Part shown: piece by piece, positions 1 to 12,323 of the stretch
How positions within the stretch are numbered: position 1 is the stretch's first letter
Layout: every line of letters starts with the position of its first letter
Source of the DNA: Guillardia theta CCMP2712
Lineage: Eukaryota > Protista > Cryptophyta
NCBI RefSeq assembly: GCF_000315625.1
Contig: NW_005434668.1
Coordinates: 874,533 to 938,532, forward strand
DNA: 64,000 nt
Direction: 5' to 3'
Translations under genes and position numbers: made by a program
Notes under the pieces: generated by a model
Database searches by the model: none
Seen by the model: only the letters and a program-made list of their open reading frames with translations
What the model was told of the DNA's origin: nothing

Positions 1-852
1 AGCGCAAAGCAAAGGAAGTCATCCTTGCGACCGATGAAGACAGAGAAGCCTGGGAAGCAATCAGTTGGCATCTGCTCGAGCTGCTGAAGCCTAAAGTTTC
101 TCACTCACGTCTCTTGTCGCTGCTTAGCTTGTTGTAGGTGCCGGTGAAGCGAGCTGTCTTCCACGAGATCACCAAGGATGCCATCACTCGCTCGTTCCAG
201 TCGTTGCGATCCATCGATCTCAACCTTGTCCATGCACAGGAGACGCGGCGAATTCTGGATCGTCTTGCCGGGTTCACCATGTCGCCGCTGCTGTGGAAGA
301 AGATAGCTCGCGGGTGAAGAGAAGCACTGTGAGCGCTTGCCACTGACTTGTCGCAGGCTTTCTGCTGGGCGAGTACAGAGTGTGGGGATGGCAATCATAG
401 TGCGACGAGAGCTGGAGAGACTATCGTTTGTTCCTGCTGCTTACGAAGTTCGACTTGCGAGCAAACCTCTCAGCGGTAGAAGGCAGCGATGCCAGGCACT
501 TCAGCGCCATGGTAGTTGAGGTGGAAGGGAAGGGGAAAGTAGCAACAGGAAGGGACTTCGACGCGAAAGGGCAGCTCCACGAGAGCTCAGGGAGAGGAAA
601 ATTGATCCACCTTGACAAGGAGTCCGCGAACAGCCTCATGGAAGGACTGAAGCAGCAGGGAGCTAGCTGGAAGGTGAAGAAAGTCGAAAAGCGGGCACAG
701 CGGCGCAAGCCTCCTCCTCCTTTCATCACCTCTACTCTGCAGCAGGAGGCCAACAGAAAGTTGTCGCTTAGCAGCAAGGAGTGCATGAGGACGGCGCAGA
801 GGCTGTACGAGTCAGGCCTGATCACCTACATGAGGACAGACAACCCCACAAG
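1..852 (+). pseudogene. topA: Disrupted, 3'-truncated bacterial-type DNA topoisomerase IA (TopA); 5' part lies outside the window
   Basis: Spliced translation gives [71 protein letters not shown] and catalytic GLITYMRTD. An extra CCT at 49-51 breaks the REGE motif, a frameshift lies at ~445-448, and homology stops at ~852 with no splice donor seen. Confidence 0.8.
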
Positions 853-1640
853 CTTCGAAGATGAGACTTTTAAAACTTTGAAACGTCTTGAAGACATCAA
901 CGTTTCAAAACTATAAAGTTTCAAACTTTCAAAAAAGTATTGTAAAACTAAAATAATATACATCTTCTTATTTAGTATCTTCAAGTCGCCCTCAGAGTTA
1001 CTTGAGATAAATGGTGAGGACAGCGGATTTGAATGGCCCTCGAAGTATGACAACTTCTGATTCATATCTCAAGGAATGCTGCGAAGCGACATGAAGCCAA
1101 GATAGGAACAGGGTGACATCAGGAACAGCACTGGCAACTTCAGCTCCCTTTTCCCTCTCTCTCACCATGCTGAAAATATCGCCTCCCAACTTGCGGGATG
1201 TTCTTGCGATCTCCTTCTCTCTTGCCGTTTGCCTGTTGCTTTATGTGGGAGCGCACAGGAATGTCGGACAGCATGCCCTCTTGCAGTCTGCATCAAGGAT
1301 AGGATACGCTGGAATTGTTCCCTACGTGCGGGAAAAACCGAGAAGAGTACAAGCGGTGACATGTGGAGGAGGTTCATCTGTAAGAGTAAAATCATGCTGC
1401 GCTCCTGCATTAACCTCCGACGACAGGTGGGCTGTGTTGTGCAATCCCTATCGAAGAGCATCAGGAACACATTCAGTGCCCCTGAAAAGAAGAGCAGGGG
1501 TAGGATTGCTGTGGAGAAAGCGGCGAGGGGACTGGGGTTCTCGCCCTGGCAAGTGGGCAAGCAAACAACTCGGCAAAGAGCGCACATACAGAAGAAGCTC
1601 GAGTCGACGAGCAACTGTAGGTCACACGGACAATGCCTCC

Positions 1641-1741
1641 TTGTATTTGCTTCCTCCTTGTGGTGTTTGCTTCCTCCTTGCGTTTGCTTCCTCCTTGCGT
1701 TTGCCTCCTTGGGTTTGCTTCCTCCTTGCGTTTGCCCTTGT
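1641..1741. repeat. Degenerate minisatellite, unit ~17 bp (ttgcttcctccttgcgt), about 5-6 copies
   Basis: Read directly from the sequence. Confidence 0.85.
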
Positions 1742-2417
1742 CTGACGATAGGATGGTTGCTCAGCGGGGTTCGGATTTCTTCGGAACATCGTGAATGGGT
1801 ATGAGAACCTTGATCACGAGATCGACTATGGCGGGAAGGAGTTGCCAGAGGTTGCCCATACAAGCTGCAGCCTTGATCGAGCTTCTACTGACGAATCGAC
1901 ATGAATGCAGCGGGGAAGCAAGCGTTTCAAAGCGCATCAAGCGATCTCGGAAACGGTAACGAAACATTTATGCCCAGAAGATTGTTATGTGACACTGGAG
2001 ATCAGATAGAGAAGTTGAAGCGCGAGAAACTTAAACTTTTGCATGTAATCAATCTCGTTATGACACAGTGATTTGCTGGTATGGCAGATGATTAAGATTG
2101 AATCCAGGAACTCAATCGTCAAAAGGCCAAGAAAGTCGTCAAGCAAGTTTCCAAAGGATCGTACAACTGGATGTGAGTTTTGCCTTCTTTCAGCCATGAC
2201 TGTTCTAAGAATTGTTCGATTATCCAAGGGATGGTTGGCTGGATGGAAAAGATAGAAAAGTTCCTAACGAAGCATGGTCTTACTGACGAGGAGGATGGTC
2301 TTACTGAGGAGGAAGATTGAAAAAGAGTCAGTGCAGCAACCATGACATGTTCAACACACCACAATTCATTCTAAACTCTCATAAATACAAACATTTCCCT
2401 CTCCTCTTAACATGTTT

Positions 2418-3700
2418 CTAGTTTTGACTGGGTGGAGGAGAAAGTGCATTCTCCTGTGCAATCGCAAAGTCTGTCACGTGCTTGTAATCGTCTTCGATCT
2501 GCTCCTTCAACTTCTGCATGTGTTCAAGGGCCACGCGTTTTGCCTTTCCCGACCCCTCGACTGCGTCACGAGAATATTTGTTGAGACTTCCTCCCTTGAC
2601 CAGCCATTTCTTGTCCTCGCCATCAACGTCACAATCTGTCTCTGTGCAAGCAGGCTTGGCTTCTTTCTTGCTGCTTTGGTGCGTCGGCTTAGCAGGCTTG
2701 GCTGCCTTCTTGGATTCACGAGATGCAGTTTCCGTTGAAGCAGAAGGCTCCTCCTTGGATTTCGTTTCTTTAACCACTTTCACAACTGGTTTTGAAATCG
2801 ACTTGTGCTCATGAATTTCCGTTCCCTCCAGCTTCGCCAGATTCTTGTGAAGAGCAGTGAGTTTTTGCTCCTCCTCCTGCTTTACGTGAGAGATCTGGTC
2901 TTGTATTTTCTTCTCTTCCTGCTCCAAAGCAGACCTTGCTTCGAGATCCTTGATCTGCTTTTGAAGATCCCGCTCTTTCCCCAAATCAGTCTTCTTGATC
3001 GCAGCTAGTTTGTGCAGCTCGGCCTTCTTGACGATGTCAATCTCTTTAACTTCAGTGCTCTCCACTTCAGCAAGCTCCTTCTTCTTTTCTGCCACCAGAG
3101 CATCCAAACTCATATGAGAAGATGCTTGTTTGTCATCCGCCTTCGCGATATGAAGGCTCTGAAGGCCCGTCTTCTCGGCTGCAGCAACCCCCTCAGCCAA
3201 GGAAGATGCCTGGGAGATCTCCTTCTTCACGGAAGACGCTTCCTGTGCATTCTTTGCCTCTGTTGCAACCTTGTGGTGCTCGTGCGCCATGTGAACGTGC
3301 TGTGAAGAGTGAGCCGCTCCGGCAACATTCAGATCCTTTGCCTCCCTCCTCCTCGACGCTTGCATGTGCAAAGCATTCTTCATTGCCATGTCGTGAGGGC
3401 TGCTGGAAAAGCTATCCGAATTATCATCATCATTATCATCATCATCATCACTAGAATCAGCATCTTTGATCTTCCCCTCCGACAGGTCCTTGACAACCAT
3501 CTGTTGCTTTACCAATTGGTCGAGGGGTACAAGCTTGACGGGTCCAGTGCGCAACCACGATGGCAGGTTGGAATCCTTCGTGAGTTTGTCCAGCACATTA
3601 TCTTCGTCCATAGCAACCTCTCCATTGTGCATCTGGGCTGACAAAGCTCCAAGGCAAGCCAAGGTGGCAATGACAGAGAGAAGGAAAACGGCCGTCCTTC
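2418..3700 (-). CDS. Hypothetical secreted or membrane-anchored coiled-coil protein; first exon not located
   Basis: 414-aa ORF preceded in frame by hydrophobic RRTAVFLLSVIATLACLGAL, followed by a poly-Asp tract and a K/E-rich coiled coil. Confidence 0.7.
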
Positions 3701-4174
3701 GTTTCCTAGCGATAAATCAGTCAATACATCAGCAAAGAAGCATTCCAACAACAAATTCGCATATCAAGTCATAAAACAGAAATTGCTTTTGCCATCGAGA
3801 CAGAAACCAAGACGCGGAAGTAGATGGGTAGCTCGCAAAGGGCAAGGCAGATTCGAGTCCCACACGCTTGTTTCAGGATTCGCAAAGAGTCTCATTCACA
3901 GGACATGCTACCTCGCCTCTTCCCCTCCTCTCACCTTGAATCTCCCTGGTTCTGCATGATGCTTGGGTCGAAGCCCTCAGCTCTACTTCCCCCGGGAAGC
4001 AGCATTGCCTCCTCTCCGTGGTCGCCCCACGCCATGAGCTTCTGCGGAAATAGAACACAATTTGGCCCTCCTCCCCAACATACCCACCTGAGGTAGAGCC
4101 CTCATCCAGTCCGCAACCCTGGTGCGTAACGGTTAAGATAGAGTTTGGTAACGGTCTCTGGTTCCTGTAAAGAC

Positions 4175-5586
4175 ATGCTAGTGGCGGCTATGGTGCTCTT
4201 AGTGAGCGCGGCACCGGCCTCGACCTTCCTCCCCTCCCCTGCCTCTGCTGCTTATCTAGGATCCCTGACCCCCTCCCTCTCACCCTCGTCCTCCCTCTCT
4301 ACCCACAGGTTCTCCTCCCGGGACACGGGCATCCCCGTCCACTGGTCCGCTCCCTCTGCAACTTTCCTTTCTCCCCGAAGCCAGCGCGGATGGTGGACTG
4401 CCATGGCGAGTTCCCTTGACGCACAGCAGCCTGAACGTCCAGCACTGCCAGTTCTCACAGGTCCGGTTGGAGGGAAGCCTCTCCTACCTGGGGCCTTCGT
4501 CGTCCTCCCGTCGCTGAGCCCCGGTCAGGTCGCCGCGATCCGCACTGCAACAGCGTTTGCAGCTGTGGATCAGCGGCTAGGAGGAAAGCCTCTTGTTGCT
4601 TACTACGGAGGCAGTGGGGAGAACTCCTACGTGAAAGGAGTGGCAACTCTGGCATACGTGGAGGAGATTGTGCCAGATGAAGAGGGGGGGATTCAAACGG
4701 TCCGCCTCCTTGGGGTGGCCAGGGCGAAGATCCCGAGGGTTAGGACAGTCAGAGACAAGCCGCTCTTGGTGGCTGATCGCTGGACCCTCGTTCAGGACGA
4801 GGTTCCCGATTCCTCGTACATGCACACTCTCGAGGTGAGGAACCAAGGGAGGGGGGGAGGGGGGGAGAGGGCGAAGGGGAGAGAAAGGGGATGGCTATAT
4901 GTGCTATGCCTGCGTTGTAGGATCGTTGCTCTGACTTGTTGCGCTCTCTTGCAGTTCCTTCGAAATGTTGCCGATGACAGTGCAGTGGAGCACAACAGGA
5001 GGAGGAAGCTGATGTCGACGATCTCGTCCTTGACCCTGGACCTCCAGCTCTGTGATATCGACGGGACGTGCGACACGGAGGCGTTGCTGGAGCTCGGCCC
5101 CGAGGTTTACGCGCTTGCAATGGAGCTAGCTGCGACCACCCTCAAGGATGTGCCGAAAGCCCCGAAGAGGACGAGCGGGACCGCAGGCGGCCATGCAGTT
5201 CAGTCGCTGGAGAGCATGACGCTGAACATGGTGAACCGTCTGAAGCCTTGGGATGCTCTCTGGCCGCAGTGGGGAGACGATATCGATGGGGAGATGAAGC
5301 TCTTGCGCTGCTTCTCCTTCGTCACCTGGCAAGCGCTGGAGAAGATGTCGACTAGGGAGGAGCTGGAGTGGGTCATGACCAGCACAGACATCAAGGAACG
5401 GATGACGAGGGCAAATGCGAAGCTTTACGCTGACCGTGAGTTGTTGTTGTGGAGCTGTTGTTCCTGGCGGTGCAAGGCATGGACCTGACATGTGCTGCAG
5501 GGAAGAGTTTAGAGAACACGTGGCAGATTATGCAGAGATTGAAGCAAGGAATCAGCCCGAAAGGTGGAGATCTGTTGAGCGACTAG
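4175..5586 (+). CDS. Plastid-targeted protein with a Lon protease N-terminal (substrate-binding)-like domain
   Basis: Signal peptide MLVAAMVLLVSAAPAST-F then a Ser-rich transit peptide; motifs PLLPGAFVVL, VATLAYVEEI, VRLLGVARAKI, TSTDIKERM. Two GT-AG introns (~4834-4953 and ~5436-5500) give a clean frame ending DLLSD*. Confidence 0.6.
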
Positions 5587-5734
5587 CTGGTGGTTGGGGG
5601 GCTCGAGTCTTATTCTTTTGTTTTTCATTTTTTCCCTATTATTTTTCTTTCCTCGAAAAAAAGTTGTTCTATTCATGCTCTGCTGATTTCTCGCTCTGGC
5701 CGTATATTTTGTAGTCTGTACAATGTGAAAAGTG

Positions 5735-7308
5735 TCATCCGAAGTTCCGAACAAGTAGGCCTGCTGCTTGCAGACGGTCGTGAAGTTCCTGTGGTGACTG
5801 GTCAGCTGACGGTGAGCGAGATCTGATACCGTCGGCATACCTCCTCGAGGTTCCAGTTGTGACCTGCGTCTCCAACGTCGTACACCTCTCCGTAGTACTT
5901 GTACCTGCACGTTCTCCCATGCTCAGCTCAGTCAGTATTTGTATGCCTCCTTTACCTCGTTCGAGGACCTTGCCTGACGGAGGGGTGCCGTCCGAAGCCA
6001 TAGGTGTCCACGTGCAGACAAGACTAGGAACGCTGCGATGTGAGGATAGGAGGATCATGGAAGTGCATCGACCTGCAGGGCCCACATGATGCCGATCATG
6101 CCGCTCGAGGGTACGCAGTCTGCCCCCCTGGCTCCGATCCATCGCCACACGAGGAGGTTGAAGTAAGTGGAGAAGATCCTTATCCGACCGCACTTGCTCT
6201 CGTTGCAAACATCCTCAGCGACGATCGGGTGGATCAGCTGGAAGTACTTGTCAATGTCTGGCTTCCAGTCCCCACGGAACAGGAGGGTCTCGTTATTCCG
6301 AGTGAGCTCCTCCAGGTTTGCATGCAGGAACTCCAAAATCTTTCCGGAGGAGTGGAGGACGCGATGGGTGGTCCGGCTACCGACGTCGCTCTCGTACTCT
6401 CCTCCAGCTGGCGCGTCGTTGAACCTGATGACGAGGTCGTGGACATCGATGTCTCGTCCGAATCCTGAGCCCAGCAGGTGCCCTGAGCTTCCAACGACAG
6501 CACCTGGAAGCAGCCGTCAGCCAAGTTGTTGCCTGAAAGGGCGGATAAGCGACATGATTCGAAGGCGCTCTTCTCGTAATCCCACGGGAACTAGGGATAG
6601 GTAAGAAGGAAGGAAGCGCGTATGAAGTCAGGGGCTGACCATCTCTAGCAGGCCTTCGTCGATGACGTGGCCGAAGTAAGACTCTGCCGTGTTCTTGAGC
6701 ATAGCAAGCTCAGTCCGGGTGAGGAAGGGGGAGAGGGGAGACAGTCGCAGCTGAACATAGTCTCGACAACCCTGGCTGGTAGAGCTGGGGGCGATGCACT
6801 TGGAGACAGAAGTCTTGAGCGCATCCTGCTCCATGGAAGAGAAGGCTCCGACTACAGTGAAGTCCAGCCCTATCTCGTACACCACCCTGTGCGAGGTTTG
6901 ATCGAGGTCCAACACCCCCACAGAGATCCAGTGCCAGCCCTCCGCCAGCTGAGTGAGCAGGAGCTGCAAGGTATACCCTGACTCGTTGTACTGGTTGAGG
7001 GGTGGGAACTTGTGGATAGTCGTAGCGCCGTCCTCGTCCTTGATGGGGCTGTGGTCGATAAACACGATGAAGGATGGTGAAGCGCCCATAGCGAGGGATC
7101 GGCCATCGCCCACCATAGTGACGGCAACATTCATGACCTCTCCATGCCGAAACTCTCGGGGGACCCTCTCTATCTCTATCTCCAGGAACGAGTCCCCTAT
7201 CCACGTCTGCCCCACTCCCTTCTCCGAACTTGCTCTCGGTCCCCAGATGAGCAGGAGCAGGAGGAGCGCGGGGGAGGAGCCTCTCGACTGAGGCGAAACA
7301 AACTTCAT
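5735..7308 (-). CDS. GT29 sialyltransferase-like glycosyltransferase with signal peptide and N-terminal beta-rich domain
   Basis: Spliced product has sialylmotif L (CAVVGSSGHLLGSGFGRDIDVHDLVIRFNDAP...DVGSRTT), motif S (PSSGMIGIMWALQ..CLHVDTYGF), motif III (YKYY) and motif VS (HNWNLEE). Confidence 0.88.
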
Positions 7309-7552
7309 CCTCCTCTGTTCCCTCTTGACCCTCTTCCCTCCCTCCGCCGCTTCCCCTCCTCTCCCCGACTGCAGCTGGGATCCTCAAGAAAAAACGATAA
7401 ATCCCCTGCCCCGTTATGGTTTTTTTTGAGGGACGGAAGTCAGAGGGGGGGACGGGAAGGGGGAGCGGGCTGGGATGTGAAGGGGAGGGAGGGCGGGGGG
7501 GTGGATGGGTGGCAAGTGAATATGGAGAAGGGGAGGAGGAAGTGCGGGACAA

Positions 7553-7613
7553 GGAGGAGGAGGGAGGAGGAGGAGGAGGAGGAGGAGGAGGAGGAGGAGG
7601 AGGAGGAGGAGGA
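7553..7613. repeat. (GAG)n microsatellite in a divergent promoter region
   Basis: Read directly from the sequence. Confidence 0.9.
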
Positions 7614-7698
7614 ACGACGAGCGGCGTACAGCAGAGATTTTGACATATCTTGCAGGGATGCAAGGGAGTGACGAGAAAGGCAGAGATTATCCTGGGCA

Positions 7699-10582
7699 AT
7701 GAAAGGGGCGACATCAAGAGGAATAGCAGCTGTGTTCTTCATGGCCTTCATCGCTCTCGGCCATGGCTTCGTCCCAACAAGGCCCTTGTTCCGACCCTCC
7801 AACAAGGCGATGGTGAGGAGTTGGTTCCGGAGGAGCGCATCTTTGCTCCCAGCTCCGTCCACGTGGCCAGGAGCTGCAAGAGCAAGGACTTTCACCTCCT
7901 CCCTCGCCTGCCATGACAAGAACGAGGAGAAGCAGATCGAGGCGATGCTGCGAGAGAAGATCAGAGTAAAGAGAGCAGGACAGGACGAGCCTCAGTCGCC
8001 GCTGCTGGCAGGCCTGAACGAAGCTCAGAAGCAGGCTGTTACGGCTCCCATCGCTCCTATCATCGTCCTCGCTGGCCCTGGTTCAGGCAAGACGAGAGTC
8101 CTCACGAGCAGGTATGCCGATAGTCCAACAGCGAAACCCCCAGTGTCCTTTATCGTGCCTTGCTATCTTCCTTCCTCATCACCATAGCGATCTGCTCCTC
8201 CGAATCTTGTTGAAGCTCTTGCTCGCTCGCTGATCCCTCCCTGCTGACCAGCACGTCTGTGATGCAGGATCGGGTACTTGATCTCCAAGGGAGCAACGCA
8301 GGACTCGATAGTGGCGGTGACCTTCACCAACAAGGCTGCAAAAGAGATGAAGCAGAGGATCAAGAGCCTTCTGGACATACAGCACGACTCCATGCTCGCC
8401 ATAACTGTCGGGACGTTCCACTATGTCTGCATCAGGCTGCTGAGGATCTTCGGGGATGCGATCGGGTGAGATGCCTCTGATGGGACCTGAAAGTAGACGA
8501 TTCCTGCTGACTTGGAATTGCCCAGGTTGGATCCAAACTTCCTGATTTTCGACTCGAACCAACAGAAAGAGCTGGTCAAACAGGCCATGATTGACCTCGC
8601 CATAGATGTCACCAAACTGGATCCCAACACGATCAGGTTCGCGATCTCAAACCTCAAATCGCAGGGCCTGTTCCCGCACGAAGTGATGAAATCAAAGTCT
8701 CTGACTCGCACCAATCGTCAATTCTTCCTCAAGGTCGAGCAGGTCTACGCGCTCTATCAGGAGGAGCTTGCTAGGAGCAGCGCGCTGGATTTCGACGACA
8801 TCCTGTTGCAAGCTGTTCGCCTGCTCAAGTCCGACGGTCAAGTGCTGGAGAGAGTCAGGTCGACCTGGCGGCACATCCTCGTCGACGAGTGGCAGGACAC
8901 CAACCTTCCGCAGTACGAGCTCATCCGACTTCTCGCCTCGTCTCCGCAGAGCAGCTCGGTCTTTGTGGTCGGGGACACAGATCAAAGCATCTACGGATGG
9001 CGGGGTGCTGACTTCTCCAATGTGAATCGCTTCCGTAGGGATTTCAATGCAACTCAAATCATCTTGGAGCACAATTACAGGAGCACCAACACCATCGTCA
9101 CCTCCGCTCAGGCTATCATCGAGAAGAACAAGGACAGGATAGCTAAGAACATGACCTCCTCCACACGTGCCGGCTCCAAGATCTTTCTGCATGAATCCGT
9201 CGATGATACCGACGAAGCTGTCTACGTCGCCAAAGAAGCAAAGAGCTTGGTAAAGAGCGGAGTGGTGCCAGGAGGATTCCAGGAGATCGCTGTGATGTAC
9301 CGGACGAATCAGCAGAGCCGTGTGCTGGAGGAAGTGTTCGTGCGGAATGGGATTCCATACACGATCCTCGGAGCCATGAGGTTCTACGAGAGGAAGGAGA
9401 TTAAGGACATACTGGCGTACCTGCGAGTGATCGCGAACCCCAACGATTCCGCATCCTTCGCAAGGATCATCAACGTTCCACCGAGAGGGATCGGCACGAA
9501 GACGATCGAGAAGGTGGCGGAGTATGCGGCTAAGAATGGGATTTCCACTTTCCATGCAATACAGAGACTGGATTTGATCGAGTCCTCCCGAGGGAAGGAG
9601 GACGGAGAGGACAGCAGCGAGAGGAGCGGCGCGCCTGACGAGGAGCTGTTCACTGCCAGGCAGAAGAAAAGCCTCCTCCAATTCTGGCAAGTGTTGAAGA
9701 CTCTGTGCGACGCCGCAAAGCTGTGCACGCCGGAGGAGGTCATAGAGACGCTGATCGACGTCATAGAGTACGACGTGTACCTGCAGAAAGACGAGAAGTA
9801 CGACGACCGGTGGGCAAACATCCAAGAATTGAAGAAAGCCTCTCAGAGGACGGAGAGGGTCGGGCTGGAGGGGCTACACGCGTTCCTGGAGGACGTTGCG
9901 CTGGTGGCGGGGGACGAGGAAGAGTTCCAAGAAGAGATCAAGCTGGACGTCGACGTGAAGAAGGACCCGCGGATGAAGCTCATGACGATTCACTCCAGCA
10001 AGGGGCTGGAGTTCGAGGTCGTGTTCCTCGTCGGCATGAACGACGGCTGCCTCCCTCACTCTCGGTCCCTCGCCTCCAAAGACGAGATCGAGGAGGAGAG
10101 GAGGCTCGCCTACGTTGCCATCACCCGGGCCAAGGAGATCCTCTACATCACTTGGCCCATGTGGAAGGGCATGTTCCACAACAACGACCCTCTCGAGCCC
10201 TCTCGCTTCCTCAAGGACATCCCGGCCGACTTCGTTCATGTGACGTCCGACGATCAGGTGCTGTAGTGCCCGCCGCCATGTGCTCGTGCTTGTCCCAGTG
10301 GCTGACTGTGGTGAGAAGGAAGGGACTCTCAAAAGGATCTACAAGGGCGACCGCAAGGAGGATCAAGGCTCAAAGTCCAAGTCTCCCTTCGGCGTAAGCT
10401 GATGTTTTTCTCCTCCACCTCAGTCCTCACCTTTCACTTCTGCAGGACGTTCCCTATAACAACCTGAGAAAGCCGAAGGGCGTGACTCGGACCCCCGCCA
10501 GTACGACAGGGGCCCCGAGGAGGAAGCCTGACTGGAATCAAGGGACAAGGAGTGGAGGGCCGGGTCGCCGCTTCTCTTCTTG
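7699..10582 (+). CDS. uvrD: UvrD/PcrA (SF1A) DNA helicase, probably plastid-targeted
   Basis: LNEAQKQAV, Walker [82 protein letters not shown]. Leader is a signal peptide with GHG-F. Four short GT-AG introns. Confidence 0.93.
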
Positions 10583-10597
10583 ACACGGTATATTAAA

Positions 10598-10920
10598 ATC
10601 ATCATGGCAACGCTGTAGCATTGGCAGTCTCAGAACGCCGCGCCTACCGTACACCCGGGCCGCGCCCCCCTCCGACTTCCGAACTACCGTGGAACTCGGA
10701 AGTTCAGTCGGCCTCGATCGGACAGGGCCGGCCGCACGGCGTACGGTACCGGCGCGCGCCGCGGGACGCCGACTGTGACTCGGGTGACTCCGGGCCGAGA
10801 GGCGGGGAGTCCGATGCTCCGACCGGCGCCGGGCGTGACTCGTGAGGGCCGGGGCCGAGCGGCCAACGCCGCCCGGTTTGCGGCACTTGCCAGTGACTCG
10901 TCTGTTTTGGTCACGCGGAA
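10598..10920. other. CpG/GC-rich intergenic block (CATCATGGC, GTGACTCGG and CCGGGCC motifs)
   Basis: Abruptly GC- and CpG-rich with no credible ORF; similar blocks at ~19487, ~38050 and ~43950. Confidence 0.6.
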
Positions 10921-11149
10921 ACATAGAAGTAATATTGCAACACAGTCGAAATGAAGCTTTTTGCTTCCGGACAAAATGAAAAATAAGTTTTTGGAAGAGA
11001 TTTTTACATGAAGGATAATATCCAAGTAATATAAAATGTACTCAAATTAAAATGTTTATTCAATACAAAAGTTTTACGTTAAATTCCTGTAGAAATGTTT
11101 TTAGATGTATTTTGTTCATAAAAACTTCTTTTACGTGGATGATGCACGG

Positions 11150-11830
11150 ACCCCACCACCTCCTTGAAATGTGGGTACTGAAGAACCAGAGGAAAGCAAC
11201 CAGGGGGTGGGTGGGGTATCCACAGTGCTTCTGGTTGGAGGGGAGGGGTACATAATTTTGTTGACTGAACGTTTAAGGATAATTACCGGGGTTCTTTTAG
11301 TTAAATGTACCGGTGTAAATACATACGATGGGGTCCAAGGGTACAAAGGTGGAAGGCGGGGAATTCCTCTTAAATTTTTTATTACTCTTGTGGTAACTAG
11401 GGTGGTCTGTATCCACATGCAGAGGGTCCATAGTTTTTAGAGCCTTACAGCGTCCTAGGAAGGTGTAACCAAGGTTATAGCAAGACTTATAGTCATCAAT
11501 AATAAAATAGTCCGAAGTGATTTTTTAATAAAGGGGTGGCGCGATTCGAGGGGGTAGGGTAACGATGTAAGGGGGTGCAACATGAACCAAGGAGGTAAAA
11601 CCAGGGTAATGTAAATTAGGTGGGGTACTAGTGCCAGTAGCTGGCAGGGTAGGGGTACAATCCCTCGAATTACTACTGGCGGAGTTGCTGTCAAAGGGGG
11701 TACCCCTATGTCGAGGACTCTGCCACAGGGGTGATCCTACCAGGGTAGGGTGGGAACAATTGGGGTAGGTAGTGTTTGTCGGAAAGATTGTAGTGGGTGG
11801 GGGTGGATAGTGAAGGGGTAGTTGTAAGAC
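11150..11830 (+). promoter_or_regulatory. GGG(G)TA-rich, G-skewed tract upstream of the cNMP-Cdc14 gene
   Basis: Many GGGTA/GGGGT runs separated by unrelated spacers; regulatory function is inferred from position only. Confidence 0.45.
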
Positions 11831-12323
11831 ATGCCCGAGAGAGGTGGCATGGCGGAGTAGAGCAGGCAGAAGCCGAGGAGGATTTGAAAGCGACAGAAGA
11901 TCAACAAGTGAGTGTGTGAGAGTACAAACTCTCTTGCCCGTCGCTCTTGTCCCTTCCCCATGTCATGGCCGACGCTTTCTCTCCACTTCAAACCATGAGC
12001 TTGCTCGTAAGCAGGAGAGGACTGTACGTGTGTGTTTTAATCTCCCCCCTGCACAATGCATTGTTGATTGTTTCAAAAAAAAACTATCTCATTCTTGTAA
12101 TGCTTGCGTGATGGTTTGTTTTCTATGTTCACCTTGATCCACATCTCCTGATTGTCAGAGTGATGAGGGGTCCCATTTGATCTTGATTCGTGCCAATCCT
12201 GATCCTCCATAATTTCGGTGGTTTCATTTAGCCATCCCTGACATTGCTCCCTTCGTTTTCAGGCGAACCAAATAATTTAGGAGAAAGGTCGTGGTAGGAG
12301 CGTCGAAAGGCTGGAGTGGAAAC

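Noticed and set aside
6710-7919. Long overlapping ORFs with poly-Pro/Glu/Gly/Ser
   Set aside because: Products of the (GAG)n microsatellite and high GC in a divergent promoter
8692-9825. 377-aa antisense ORF
   Set aside because: Shadow of the codon-biased UvrD exon; no independent motifs
1-10582. topA and uvrD as a functional plastid DNA-maintenance cluster or bacterial contamination
   Set aside because: Both carry spliceosomal introns, unrelated genes lie between them, and this topA copy is broken
11150-11830. GGGTA motifs with variable spacers as a CRISPR-like array or telomeric repeat
   Set aside because: No constant repeat of 20 bp or more, no regular period, no tandem telomere unit and no cas genes
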